This document shows positions 1 through 7,992 of a stretch of DNA of 24,000 nucleotides, piece by piece (the first letter of the stretch is position 1; every line of letters begins with the position of its first letter). The notes beneath the pieces were generated by a model that ran no database searches, was not told the DNA's origin, and saw only the letters and a list, made by a program, of their open reading frames with translations. The translations under genes and the position numbers were made by a program. The DNA comes from Bacillus renqingensis (GTDB lineage Bacteria; Bacillota; Bacilli; Bacillales; Cytobacillaceae): positions 1 through 24,000 of the forward strand of contig JADDIU010000034.1 in NCBI GenBank assembly GCA_016464375.1, given 5' to 3'.

Positions 1-1736
1 GCGATATAACCGCCATCGAAGGTGGCTGCGGACAAGATAGCGAGAAATTAAATAAGCATACGATGGAGGGGGATGAACGAACAAATAATTTTGCCAATCA
101 AAATCACCGTGTCACTTATCTATTGACACGACTTTTATTAGCAGAAGGTTTTATTAAATTGGAAAGTTTCATCGATGAAATGTTCGTATCGATGTCGACC
201 ATTAAAAATGATTTAAAACTTGTGCGTAAAATCTTGAAAAAATATAATTTAAGATTAACCAATCGCCCCCACTATGGTTCGAAAGTAGAAGGGGAAGAAT
301 ACATGAAAAGGCTATGTCTCTCTAATCATTTACCCATTGGAAATCAAGAAACGATGATGACGGATCAAGCGTTAAATCTGGTTAATGAGACATTATTTTT
401 AACAATAAAAGAAATTTTAATCCAAAAGGTCAATCAATTTAAGTTGGATATTTCAGATATATCGCTTGAAAATTTAGCCACACATATTGCAATAGCTTGC
501 AAACGGATCAAAGAAGGATTTCTTATTGAAAACTTCCAAGATGGTTTAATGGATGAATATCCTTTCGAAAAAGTTGTAGCAAAGGAAATTGTTCAAGAGG
601 TTGAAGAATATACCGGGCTGACTTTTCCTACTTCTGAAATGGATTATATTATTGTCCATCTGGTGGGAACCAAACTTTTGCATAAACAAGAACTAACTAG
701 CTACAGCGGGTATGATGAAGTCGGGAGAATTGTAACCAGCATACTTGAAAAATTACAAGCAGAACTAAATTGGGATTTCAGCGGCGATAAGGAATTTATT
801 CAAGCCTTAACTTTGCATATCCGTCCTGCCATGAATCGATTAAGATATAAAATGAACATTCGGAACCCATTAGTCAATGAGATTAAGACCAAATATCCTA
901 CAGCTTTTGAAGGAGCGGTTATCGCCGGTCAATGTATTGAAGAATATTTAAACATTGAAGTGGTAGAAGATGAAATAGCTTATATTGCCCTGCATATTGG
1001 CGTAGCTCTTGAACGGATGCAAATGAAGAAGCGGAAGATTAAAAGGGTCTTAGTCGTTTGTGCCTCTGGTGTCGGCAGTGCCAGATTACTATACTATCGA
1101 TTGCAGAATAAATTTGAACACCAAATTGAGGTTGTGGACACGATCTCGTATTACAAATTATCTTCCTATGATCTTTCAACCATAGACTTAATCATTAGCA
1201 CCGTTCCAATAAAGGAAGACTTCCAAGTTCCTGTAAAAGTTGTCAATACCTTTTTAGATGAAAAGGATGTTGAATCTATTAAAAACTATATCGCAATGAA
1301 TCAAAGTGACGTTGAAACATTTTTACACCCTTCAAGAATTTTCATTCATCAACACTTTGATAATAAAGAAACGGTCATTTCATTTCTATGTGATCAACTA
1401 TACAAGCAACAACTAGTACCGGATCATTTTAAGGCTCTCGTTTTAGAAAGGGAATCCATAGCCCCAACCTGTTATGGCAATCTTGTAGCTATCCCTCATC
1501 CAATTCGTGCTGTTACAGCAGAGACCTTTTGGACCGTATGTACATTAGTCCGGCCGATTCTATGGGATGAGCAGCAAATGGTTCAATTCATTTGTTTATT
1601 AAATGTCAAACAAGGCTCTCATAGTGATTTAGATAGAATGTTCAAAAAACTCATTTCTATTATTGAAAATAAAACCATTGTACAAAAATTAATTGAGAGC
1701 AAAACACCCAATGATATTATTGAGTTAATCAGATAG
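1..1736 (+). CDS. licR: PRD-domain PTS-controlled transcriptional activator, LicR/CelR type (5' end outside window)
   Basis: The reading frame (phase starting at nt 3) stays open to the window edge upstream of the listed ATG at 63, so the N-terminal HTH is probably missing. The translation shows an Mga-type HTH region (VTYLLTRLL...STIKNDLKLV), two PRD-like segments, an EIIB(Gat)-like Cys motif (VLVVCASGVGSARLL) and a C-terminal EIIA(Mtl/Fru)-like His motif (VAIPHP). It sits directly upstream of lic-type EIIB/EIIC genes, as in B. subtilis licRBCAH. Confidence 0.85.
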   Translation, partial: DITAIEGGCGQDSEKLNKHTMEGDERTNNFANQNHRVTYLLTRLLLAEGFIKLESFIDEMFVSMSTIKNDLKLVRKILKKYNLRLTNRPHYGSKVEGEEYMKRLCLSNHLPIGNQETMMTDQALNLVNETLFLTIKEILIQKVNQFKLDISDISLENLATHIAIACKRIKEGFLIENFQDGLMDEYPFEKVVAKEIVQEVEEYTGLTFPTSEMDYIIVHLVGTKLLHKQELTSYSGYDEVGRIVTSILEKLQAELNWDFSGDKEFIQALTLHIRPAMNRLRYKMNIRNPLVNEIKTKYPTAFEGAVIAGQCIEEYLNIEVVEDEIAYIALHIGVALERMQMKKRKIKRVLVVCASGVGSARLLYYRLQNKFEHQIEVVDTISYYKLSSYDLSTIDLIISTVPIKEDFQVPVKVVNTFLDEKDVESIKNYIAMNQSDVETFLHPSRIFIHQHFDNKETVISFLCDQLYKQQLVPDHFKALVLERESIAPTCYGNLVAIPHPIRAVTAETFWTVCTLVRPILWDEQQMVQFICLLNVKQGSHSDLDRMFKKLISIIENKTIVQKLIESKTPNDIIELIR

Positions 1737-1747
1737 CTATTTACTTG

Positions 1748-1773
1748 GGTGATACAAAAAACGCTGTATCACC
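1748..1773 (+). terminator. Stem-loop after licR (GGTGATACA-N8-TGTATCACC); possible terminator or attenuator without a clear T-run
   Basis: A perfect 9-bp inverted repeat begins 12 nt after the licR stop codon. It is followed by TAATCAAAC rather than a U-tract, so function as an intrinsic terminator is uncertain. Confidence 0.4.
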
Positions 1774-1817
1774 TAATCAAACTACACTGTAAATTCGATT
1801 CAAAATGATCATTAACG

Positions 1818-1840
1818 TGTAAGCGTTTCCGTTGCGGAAA
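1818..1840 (+). promoter_or_regulatory. cre-like CcpA box (TGTAAGCGTTTCCG) overlapping a perfect palindrome TTTCCG-TTG-CGGAAA upstream of licB
   Basis: Positions 1818-1831 match the core of the Bacillus cre consensus TGNAANCGNWNNC; the flanking W positions do not match. Positions 1826-1840 form a 6+3+6 perfect dyad. The site lies about 85-105 nt upstream of the licB ATG. Confidence 0.4.
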
Positions 1841-1924
1841 GGAAATTACTCCTCTCCTAATCAAATTACCATTCAGTTACAATAAATAGTGTAGAAGATA
1901 GATTATTTTTGTGGAGGAGATTAT

Positions 1925-2245
1925 ATGAACACCATTATGTTAGTATGTGCAGCCGGAATGAGTACAAGCCTGCTCGTCACTAAAATGCAAAGGGCTGCAA
2001 AGGAAAAAGGAGTCGACGCAGATATATTCGCTGTTTCTGCAGGTGACGTCGATTCCATTTTAGAAAAAAAGGTGATTGATGTATTATTGCTAGGTCCTCA
2101 AGTAAAGTTTATGAAAGAACAACTCGAGGAAAGGTTATCAAATAAACAAATCACGATTGATTCCATCAACATGCAATACTACGGTATGATGAATGGGGAA
2201 AAAGTATTAGAACAAGCCTTGAGTCTTATCGAAAAAAAATCATAA
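1925..2245 (+). CDS. licB: PTS lactose/cellobiose-family EIIB component
   Basis: The 106-aa product has an N-terminal MLVCAAGMSTSLLV motif carrying the phosphorylatable Cys typical of cellobiose/lichenan EIIB. The RBS GGAGGAG lies 5 nt upstream of the ATG. Confidence 0.9.
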   Translation: MNTIMLVCAAGMSTSLLVTKMQRAAKEKGVDADIFAVSAGDVDSILEKKVIDVLLLGPQVKFMKEQLEERLSNKQITIDSINMQYYGMMNGEKVLEQALSLIEKKS

Positions 2246-2368
2246 AGCTTTTCCAGCACGTAAATCTAAAAAAGATGGAACGTTCGAATGAACTGTCTTT
2301 TAGTAAATGTAAAGATGCGTAGTTTTTTCAACTAAAACTCTACTATGAGGTGTGAGGAGGGATTTTTG

Positions 2369-3634
2369 ATGGATAAATTTATGGATTTCTTACAAAACAA
2401 GCTTATTCCACCTCTTACGAAAATCGGGAATTTACGTTATCTCTTGGCTGTAAGAAATGGACTTGTTGTGACGCTACCCGCCATCATCGCCGGAAGTATA
2501 TTTTTAATAATAGGTAATATACCTATACAGGCTTGGTTAGATTTTATTAAACCGTACGAAGATATGATTAATGTTGCTGTCAGCGCTTCTTTTGGAATTA
2601 TTTCCTTGCTAGCCGCAATCGGAATTGGTTACGAACTAAGCAAAAGTTATTCGTTGGATGCCATTTCTGGAGGGGCATTGGCATTAATGGCCTTTATCAT
2701 CACACAATTTAATAATAAGTTTGTTTTAGATACCAGCAGTTTTGATTCTTCTGGTTTATTTACGGCCATTATTTCAGCCATTTTAGCTACAGAAATCTAC
2801 CGCTTTTTTGTTAAAAGAAATATTGTCATCCGTCTACCTGAAGGAGTTCCGCCAGCAGTTAGTAATTCCTTTATTTCGTTAATTCCGGCGATTACTGTAT
2901 TGTTTTTATTTTGGCTGGTGCGTGTTCCTATCGGTTTTGATATTAGCGCTTTTATTGAACACATTTTTTCGCCGCTTTTATTTGCTTTAAATAGTTTACC
3001 TGGGATATTAATCTACACTCTCTTAGTAAGCTTGTTATGGTGTGCAGGTGTGCATGGTGATATGACATTAGAAGGTGTGGCCGATCCAATCTTTATTCAA
3101 TTTCTCACGGCTAATGCTCTAGCCTATGCACATGGTGATCCACTTCCTTATATCACGGCTTCTGGATTTTCCAGTTTATTCGTTAATGTGGGCGGTACGG
3201 GTGCAACATTGACACTCGTTTTACTTATGCTTCGTTCACGCAGTAAAACGTATAAAGAATTAGGAAAAGTGGCCTTTCCAGGAGCATGTTTTGAAATTAA
3301 TGAACCGGTCATTTTTGGGTTTCCTATCATCATGAATCCATTAATGATGATTCCCTTTATAGTGGTCCCCCTAATTCTAGCAACACTAAGCTATATCTTA
3401 ATGAGCGTAGGGATTGTTGGACAGCCTGTTACGATGGTTCCTTGGACAATGCCGCCGATTATTGGTCCTCTTATGGCAACTGGTTGGGATTGGAAAGCCG
3501 GAGTTTGGTCGGCAATTGAAATTATCATTGCCTTGTTCATATATTTCCCATTCTTCAAAATGGCGGAAAAACAAATGCTTGCCTCTGAAAAAAGCGAGGA
3601 AAATATCGCTAATTCTATTAATCCAAGCATTTGA
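2369..3634 (+). CDS. licC: PTS lactose/cellobiose-family EIIC permease
   Basis: The product is a polytopic membrane protein with an N-terminus (MDKFMDFLQNKLIPPLTKIGN...) and length (421 aa) typical of LicC/CelB EIIC. The start was moved from the track ATG 2345 to ATG 2369 because GAGGAGGG sits 7 nt upstream of 2369. Confidence 0.9.
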   Translation: MDKFMDFLQNKLIPPLTKIGNLRYLLAVRNGLVVTLPAIIAGSIFLIIGNIPIQAWLDFIKPYEDMINVAVSASFGIISLLAAIGIGYELSKSYSLDAISGGALALMAFIITQFNNKFVLDTSSFDSSGLFTAIISAILATEIYRFFVKRNIVIRLPEGVPPAVSNSFISLIPAITVLFLFWLVRVPIGFDISAFIEHIFSPLLFALNSLPGILIYTLLVSLLWCAGVHGDMTLEGVADPIFIQFLTANALAYAHGDPLPYITASGFSSLFVNVGGTGATLTLVLLMLRSRSKTYKELGKVAFPGACFEINEPVIFGFPIIMNPLMMIPFIVVPLILATLSYILMSVGIVGQPVTMVPWTMPPIIGPLMATGWDWKAGVWSAIEIIIALFIYFPFFKMAEKQMLASEKSEENIANSINPSI

Positions 3635-3674
3635 GATTTCATCAGCAAAAATGTAGTCTTTCTAGTTTACTGTA

Positions 3675-3705
3675 TCAGGGCAGCCCATTTCATGAGCTGC
3701 CCTGA
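3675..3705 (+). terminator. Stem-loop terminator after licC (TCAGGGCAGC-N11-GCTGCCCTGA)
   Basis: A perfect 10-bp GC-rich stem lies 41 nt after the licC stop codon. It is followed by a T-rich stretch (TTAGTATTATCTCTT). Confidence 0.6.
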
Positions 3706-3771
3706 TTAGTATTATCTCTTCCTGTTGTTCCAATCTATTTTGTGCTAGGGATTTTTCACATAAACAGCACT

Positions 3772-3805
3772 AAGGCACAACTAGCTAATCCGCCAATTGT
3801 GCCTT
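3772..3805 (-). terminator. Stem-loop downstream of the Rpn-family gene (AAGGCACAA-N16-TTGTGCCTT)
   Basis: A 9-bp perfect inverted repeat lies about 50 nt past the minus-strand stop at 3854. The trailing sequence on the minus strand (AGTGCTGTTTATG) is only weakly U-rich. Confidence 0.35.
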
Positions 3806-3853
3806 AAAACGAGTAAAACTTCCGATTGACCCTTAAAAATCGTCAACTTGCAT

Positions 3854-4069
3854 TTAATTTAACTTTTTAATTTCCTCCTCCGTCAGTCCAGTGACTTTTA
3901 ACACAACTTCGATACTTATCCCTTCATTTAACATCTTTTTGGCTGTTTCCTTTATTGCCTTTTCGATTCCTTCTTTTCTTCCTTCTTCTCTTCCTTCTTC
4001 TCTTCCTTCTTCCATTCCAAGCTTCTTATAGTACTTAGCAATCGAAGTATCGTCCAATGTCAGTCCCAT
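3854..4069 (-). CDS. Candidate intragenic small protein (71 aa, in frame with the C-terminal domain of the Rpn-family gene)
   Basis: The minus strand reads CGAAAAGGAGGAAAAAGAAATGGGACTG. A canonical AAAGGAGG (4078-4085) lies 8 nt upstream of an in-frame ATG (4069-4067), which would start MGLTLDDTSIAKYYKK... The signal is seen directly in the sequence, but expression is not shown. Confidence 0.3.
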   Translation of the reverse strand: MGLTLDDTSIAKYYKKLGMEEGREEGREEGRKEGIEKAIKETAKKMLNEGISIEVVLKVTGLTEEEIKKLN

Positions 4070-4768
4070 TTCTTTTTCCTCCTTTTCGATTAACGGTGAT
4101 ATTTCCTGCACCAATTGTTCCGTATCTTCTATTGGTAATTCAATTAAATGGTCAATAAAAATGAGTAATGGACGGATTTTTTCCCTCGGCAGTTTTTCAT
4201 CTGTAAGCAGTAATCTAAATAATTTTGCCTTATAATCCTTTTTGTTTCGTTTCCTAGATTTTAACATATAAAGGCCTGCGAGAACAACCAGTGCAAATGG
4301 ATTTTCAGAGCGTAGTAATTCTTCTTCTTGTTGTTCCAAAATTTTGTAGGTATTAAAAGTGTAGGTTAAGGTAGTGCCGAAAAAAGAATAATGATAAGAA
4401 TTGGGGTTAAATATTTTGGTTTTATCCGTGTACAGTGCTAATGTGTACAATTGTTGGTCATAGCTATCTAGGATTCGGTAAAAGTATTGAAACATCCGTT
4501 TAGGAAAATCCTCTTCTAACGTTCCCTGTATTTCGATATGAACGAGAACCCACTGTTCCTTTCCATCTTTTAATCTTACTTTCATCAACTTATCTGACCT
4601 GCGATTTTTTGAGCTTGCTTGGGGAAAGAGTTTGTGTAGTTCTTGTTCTAATGAAATCGGAGCAGTTGAAAAATCCACTTGTTCATATAGGGTCGGGGCG
4701 AAAAATAAAAGGAATTCCTCAAATAATTCAGTGATAATTTCCTTCCATAGTCGATCGTAGTCAGCCAA
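3854..4768 (-). CDS. Rpn/YhgA-like PD-(D/E)XK recombination-promoting nuclease ('putative transposase') family protein
   Basis: The N-terminus DYDRLWKEII..., the D-x(n)-HIEIQ nuclease-core pattern (SDKLMKV...VLVHIEIQG) and a C-terminal EG-rich linker plus the helical tail ...AKKMLNEGISIEVVLKVTGLTEEEIKKL are typical of this family. It uses a TTG start with the RBS GAAGGAG upstream. Confidence 0.8.
   Translation of the reverse strand: MADYDRLWKEIITELFEEFLLFFAPTLYEQVDFSTAPISLEQELHKLFPQASSKNRRSDKLMKVRLKDGKEQWVLVHIEIQGTLEEDFPKRMFQYFYRILDSYDQQLYTLALYTDKTKIFNPNSYHYSFFGTTLTYTFNTYKILEQQEEELLRSENPFALVVLAGLYMLKSRKRNKKDYKAKLFRLLLTDEKLPREKIRPLLIFIDHLIELPIEDTEQLVQEISPLIEKEEKEMGLTLDDTSIAKYYKKLGMEEGREEGREEGRKEGIEKAIKETAKKMLNEGISIEVVLKVTGLTEEEIKKLN
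3978..4013. repeat. In-frame 12-nt tandem repeat x3 (CTTCCTTCTTCT) encoding (EGRE)n in the Rpn-family gene
   Basis: Three consecutive 12-nt units are present, the last carrying one substitution. They translate on the minus strand to EGREEGREEGRK. Confidence 0.9.
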
Positions 4769-5030
4769 AACACGTCACTCCTTCATCTTTTTGAAATAGT
4801 AAAAGCCACAGTTCTTGGAACAATCACAGATAGGAATCATAGTTTGAAGGGCTTTTGATGGTCAATGAGGGGTAAGAAATGAGGCAATTTTTATACAACA
4901 ATAAAATTATAGCATGGTTTTATTAGACCTTTTTATTCTTTAGCTAATTTTCACAAAAGTGTTGAAAATTTGGGGTGGAACAGAAGGTCAAGTCCCTTTT
5001 CCCACGGATTCACTGTATGCAAATGCAAAC

Positions 5031-5057
5031 GGGACAAGGTGCCTGTCCCCTTGTCCC
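5031..5057 (-). terminator. Intrinsic terminator of the sigma-54 PTS/SIS/HAD operon
   Basis: The minus strand reads GGGACAAGG-N9-CCTTGTCCC followed by GTTTGCATTTGC. It starts 9 nt after the HAD gene stop (5066). Confidence 0.6.
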
Positions 5058-5065
5058 TAATTCCA

Positions 5066-5716
5066 CTAGTTTATTATCTCAATCACTCGATTCAAATCCA
5101 CCGCAATTTCATAAGCGTGTTTTTTCATTTCATCATTAGGTTCGATTAAATCGGGAACAATAATGCAATTGATATTAGCCCCGACTGCTGCCCTTAACCC
5201 GTTTAGGGAATCTTCTAAAACAATGGAAGAGCCTGGCGACTCCTGAGCACGGTTACAGGCTTCTAAGAAAATATCCGGATAGGGCTTCCCCCTTTGTACC
5301 TCATCACCGCTTATATAAAAATCAAAACGATTCGTTAACCCTGTCATTGCTAAATATTGTTGAATTGTCTCCCGGCTGCTTGAAGAGGCAATACATTTTT
5401 TCAATCCCCGTCTCTCAATATAATCTAATAATTCATTAGCCCCGGGTTTAATCGTTAATCCTTCATTTTCAAGAATCTTTTTAAATGCCTTCAGGTAATC
5501 ACTTGTAATACGCTGTAGAGAAACCTCCTCTCCGTAAACCTCTTTTATTATTTCATCACATTTATGATCTGAAGCACCAATCATCCGTTTATAGATAGCC
5601 ATCGGAAAAGCCAAACCAAGCATCTCCAGCGCTTGCTTCATTGCCAAATAGGAAGGGCGCTCCGTATCAAACAATAGTCCATCCATATCAAATATAACTA
5701 ATTTTAAATCCTTCAA
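5066..5716 (-). CDS. HAD-IA family hydrolase (sugar-phosphate phosphatase / beta-phosphoglucomutase-like)
   Basis: HAD motif I (VIFDMDGLLFDTE), a cap region and a C-terminal DS..G motif (LEDSLNGLRAA) are present. It uses a TTG start with a G-rich RBS 9 nt upstream. Confidence 0.85.
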   Translation of the reverse strand: MKDLKLVIFDMDGLLFDTERPSYLAMKQALEMLGLAFPMAIYKRMIGASDHKCDEIIKEVYGEEVSLQRITSDYLKAFKKILENEGLTIKPGANELLDYIERRGLKKCIASSSSRETIQQYLAMTGLTNRFDFYISGDEVQRGKPYPDIFLEACNRAQESPGSSIVLEDSLNGLRAAVGANINCIIVPDLIEPNDEMKKHAYEIAVDLNRVIEIIN

Positions 5717-5817
5717 AAAATAGATCCCCCCTTAACATTTTGAAAAAAGACAGAGAGCTGACCCCCCTGCCTTATTTTGTAGAATTTTCGAGACTAGATA
5801 CTTTGTCCTTGCTTTTT

Positions 5818-6831
5818 CTAGTATTCTACCACCCGATAATATCTTCTAGTTGATAATGGGTGGTTTCTTTCCTTTTCTAAATGTGTACTAACTCTTTCAA
5901 ATAATGATGCAATAATGATAGGTGATAAGTATTTACGATACTTTTCACTGATTCCTTTAAGCTCGTATTGTTTAGTATCAAATATACTAAGTTTATCTGT
6001 AACCTTCAATGCAAAACGTTCAACCCGTTCCATTAATGGCCGGCTTTCATCCTCCCCCTTCATGAGAATCATACTAGTATCTTTCTCCACCAATTCTAAA
6101 GTACCATGAAAGAACTCAGCAGCATGAATGGCCTTAGTACGAATCCATTGCATTTCCTCAAGAACGCACATAGCATAAGAGTAGGTCTCCCCCCACACAC
6201 TTCCCGATCCAACAAGCATATGATAATCTTCATCTTTATTTAATTTGGCAAATTGGCTTGCTTGACTTTCAGTTGCCTCCTTTACATCTAAGAGGACTGA
6301 TGGCATTCTTTCAAGCTCATCCGCAAACTCCGTATATTCAGAAAACTCTCCTCTTACTTGAAGCAATTTGAAAATAAGCAAATATAATTGAAGATAAATG
6401 GATTCTGACGCAGTGTCATTCTCAGAATAATTCACTAATGTATAATCTGATAGATCAGCCAAAGGAGTTCCTAACTCACCAACCAGCCCAATAGTGGTGG
6501 CTCCCTTTTCCTTACAGAATTCTGCCGCCTTTACTGTTTCCTTAGTAGTTCCTGACAATGAGGAAAGGATCACTAAGGAATCCGGTCCAAATTGTTTGTG
6601 ATTATATAAAACAAATTCAGCTGCAATTTCAGCAAATACCGGAAGTGTAGAAGTCGTTTTAATTATATATTCAAACGGATACATAATAGCGATGGAACCA
6701 CCAGATCCAATTAAAAATAAATTTTTATAACCTCTCTCGTTAAGTGTTTCTACGATATCCTCAATTTGACCTCTTAAACCCAGGGCTCCATTCGTTACTT
6801 TTAAAAAGTTGTCTTTATTAAAATTAAACAT
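5818..6831 (-). CDS. SIS-domain protein, FrlB-like fructosamine-6-phosphate deglycase candidate
   Basis: SIS motifs are present (LFLIGSGGSIAIMYP; SSLSGTTKETVKAAEF...GATTIGLV). The ~337-aa length and double-SIS layout resemble FrlB/GfrF-type deglycases. The RBS AAGGAG lies upstream of the ATG. Confidence 0.7.
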   Translation of the reverse strand: MFNFNKDNFLKVTNGALGLRGQIEDIVETLNERGYKNLFLIGSGGSIAIMYPFEYIIKTTSTLPVFAEIAAEFVLYNHKQFGPDSLVILSSLSGTTKETVKAAEFCKEKGATTIGLVGELGTPLADLSDYTLVNYSENDTASESIYLQLYLLIFKLLQVRGEFSEYTEFADELERMPSVLLDVKEATESQASQFAKLNKDEDYHMLVGSGSVWGETYSYAMCVLEEMQWIRTKAIHAAEFFHGTLELVEKDTSMILMKGEDESRPLMERVERFALKVTDKLSIFDTKQYELKGISEKYRKYLSPIIIASLFERVSTHLEKERNHPLSTRRYYRVVEY

Positions 6832-6888
6832 GTAAATTTCTCCTTTATTTTGTCACCTAATTTCTTTAGAAAAAGTAGTCGTCTAAAG

Positions 6889-7959
6889 TTAAATTTTACT
6901 TTTAAGAACCTTATCAAAATCACTAAAAATGTCCTCTTCTATATCAATTCCTCTGCCTAATGTAATACGATAGGCAAGTACTTGGAATGGAATTACCAAT
7001 AATAGAGGGCTCTTAAATTCATCAACATCTGCTCCAATAGACATTGTTTTTCCATCATCTTCTAATCCACATGTTATTGAAAAACAATGTTCAGTATAAG
7101 TGGAGAAATAGGTTTTTAATTTTTTCGCACGCTCAACATGTTGACTTTTCGTTTGGATTACAATCAATCCATAATTTTCATCCACTTCTAAATATGGACC
7201 ATGCATGAAAGCCTCTAATTCAAATCCCTGAGTTGGGACACGAACCGTTTCTGTGAATTTCGTTTCACTTTCCTTCGCCGTACCATATGTTGGACCATAC
7301 CCCACTACCGCAAAACGCGGAATACTTGTTAATTCTTGTTCATATTGACTATAAAATTTTTCTGTCCGCTCAATAATACTTGGAATCTGCTTGATTGCTT
7401 GTTCCAATTCTTTAATTTCTTGCATCTTAGCAGTTTCTGTTAACTTTCCTAGAGTAGAACCCGCAACAACACCCATCAGCATTAAGGTTAACACTGTTGC
7501 TGAGAAGCCTTTTGTCACATAGCCAACTTTTTCAACACCACAGCCAATATCAAGAACTAAATCTGCATATTCCGTAATCGGGCTATCTAAGTTTGCTGTT
7601 AAAACAGCAGTGGGAATGCTTCCAATTGTACCAGCCTTCTTTAAGGCTTCAATCGTTGAAGAACTTTTTCCACTTTGCGATATGGCAAGAATAAAGTCAG
7701 TGGACGGTTTTACCTGTTCATAATGGACAAAGGAAAAAGGCTCAACTATTTCAATTGATATTCCCGCCGTTTTTTCCAAATAATATTTTGCTGATAATGT
7801 CGCATTATAGCTGGAGCCAGTAGCGATAATCAGCCAGTTTTTTGCTCTTCCCTTTTCCATTAATTGTCTGAATAACTGAAGGCTTTCCTCATAATGACTT
7901 AAAATTTTCGAACATGTTTGTTCTTGTTCATGTATATAATCCATCATTGTCTCTTTCAA
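6889..7959 (-). CDS. SIS-domain sugar-phosphate isomerase/deglycase (GlmS-isomerase-domain / AgaS / GfrE-like)
   Basis: Two SIS-type segments are present (WLIIATGSSYNA...; ISQSGKSSSTIEALKKAG). The TTG start at 7959 has AGGTAGGA 7 nt upstream; an ATG at 7947 is an alternative start. Confidence 0.7.
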   Translation of the reverse strand: MKETMMDYIHEQEQTCSKILSHYEESLQLFRQLMEKGRAKNWLIIATGSSYNATLSAKYYLEKTAGISIEIVEPFSFVHYEQVKPSTDFILAISQSGKSSSTIEALKKAGTIGSIPTAVLTANLDSPITEYADLVLDIGCGVEKVGYVTKGFSATVLTLMLMGVVAGSTLGKLTETAKMQEIKELEQAIKQIPSIIERTEKFYSQYEQELTSIPRFAVVGYGPTYGTAKESETKFTETVRVPTQGFELEAFMHGPYLEVDENYGLIVIQTKSQHVERAKKLKTYFSTYTEHCFSITCGLEDDGKTMSIGADVDEFKSPLLLVIPFQVLAYRITLGRGIDIEEDIFSDFDKVLKSKI

Positions 7960-7992
7960 TTTTCATTCCTACCTTTCTTGATAATAATCAAC

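Noticed and set aside
1877-1906. A sigma-A promoter TTACAA-N16/18-TAGATT/GATTAT immediately upstream of licB.
   Set aside because: The predicted transcription start would fall on or inside the licB Shine-Dalgarno sequence (1913-1919), leaving no usable leader. It is therefore not reported as a feature.
3706-5030. Calling the Rpn-family gene region an insertion sequence or transposon.
   Set aside because: I found no terminal inverted repeats or clear target-site duplication. There is only a short AT-rich direct similarity (TTTTCACA-AA at ~3753 and ~4955), compatible with chance. Rpn/YhgA proteins are 'putative transposases' by name only, so no bounded mobile element can be supported.
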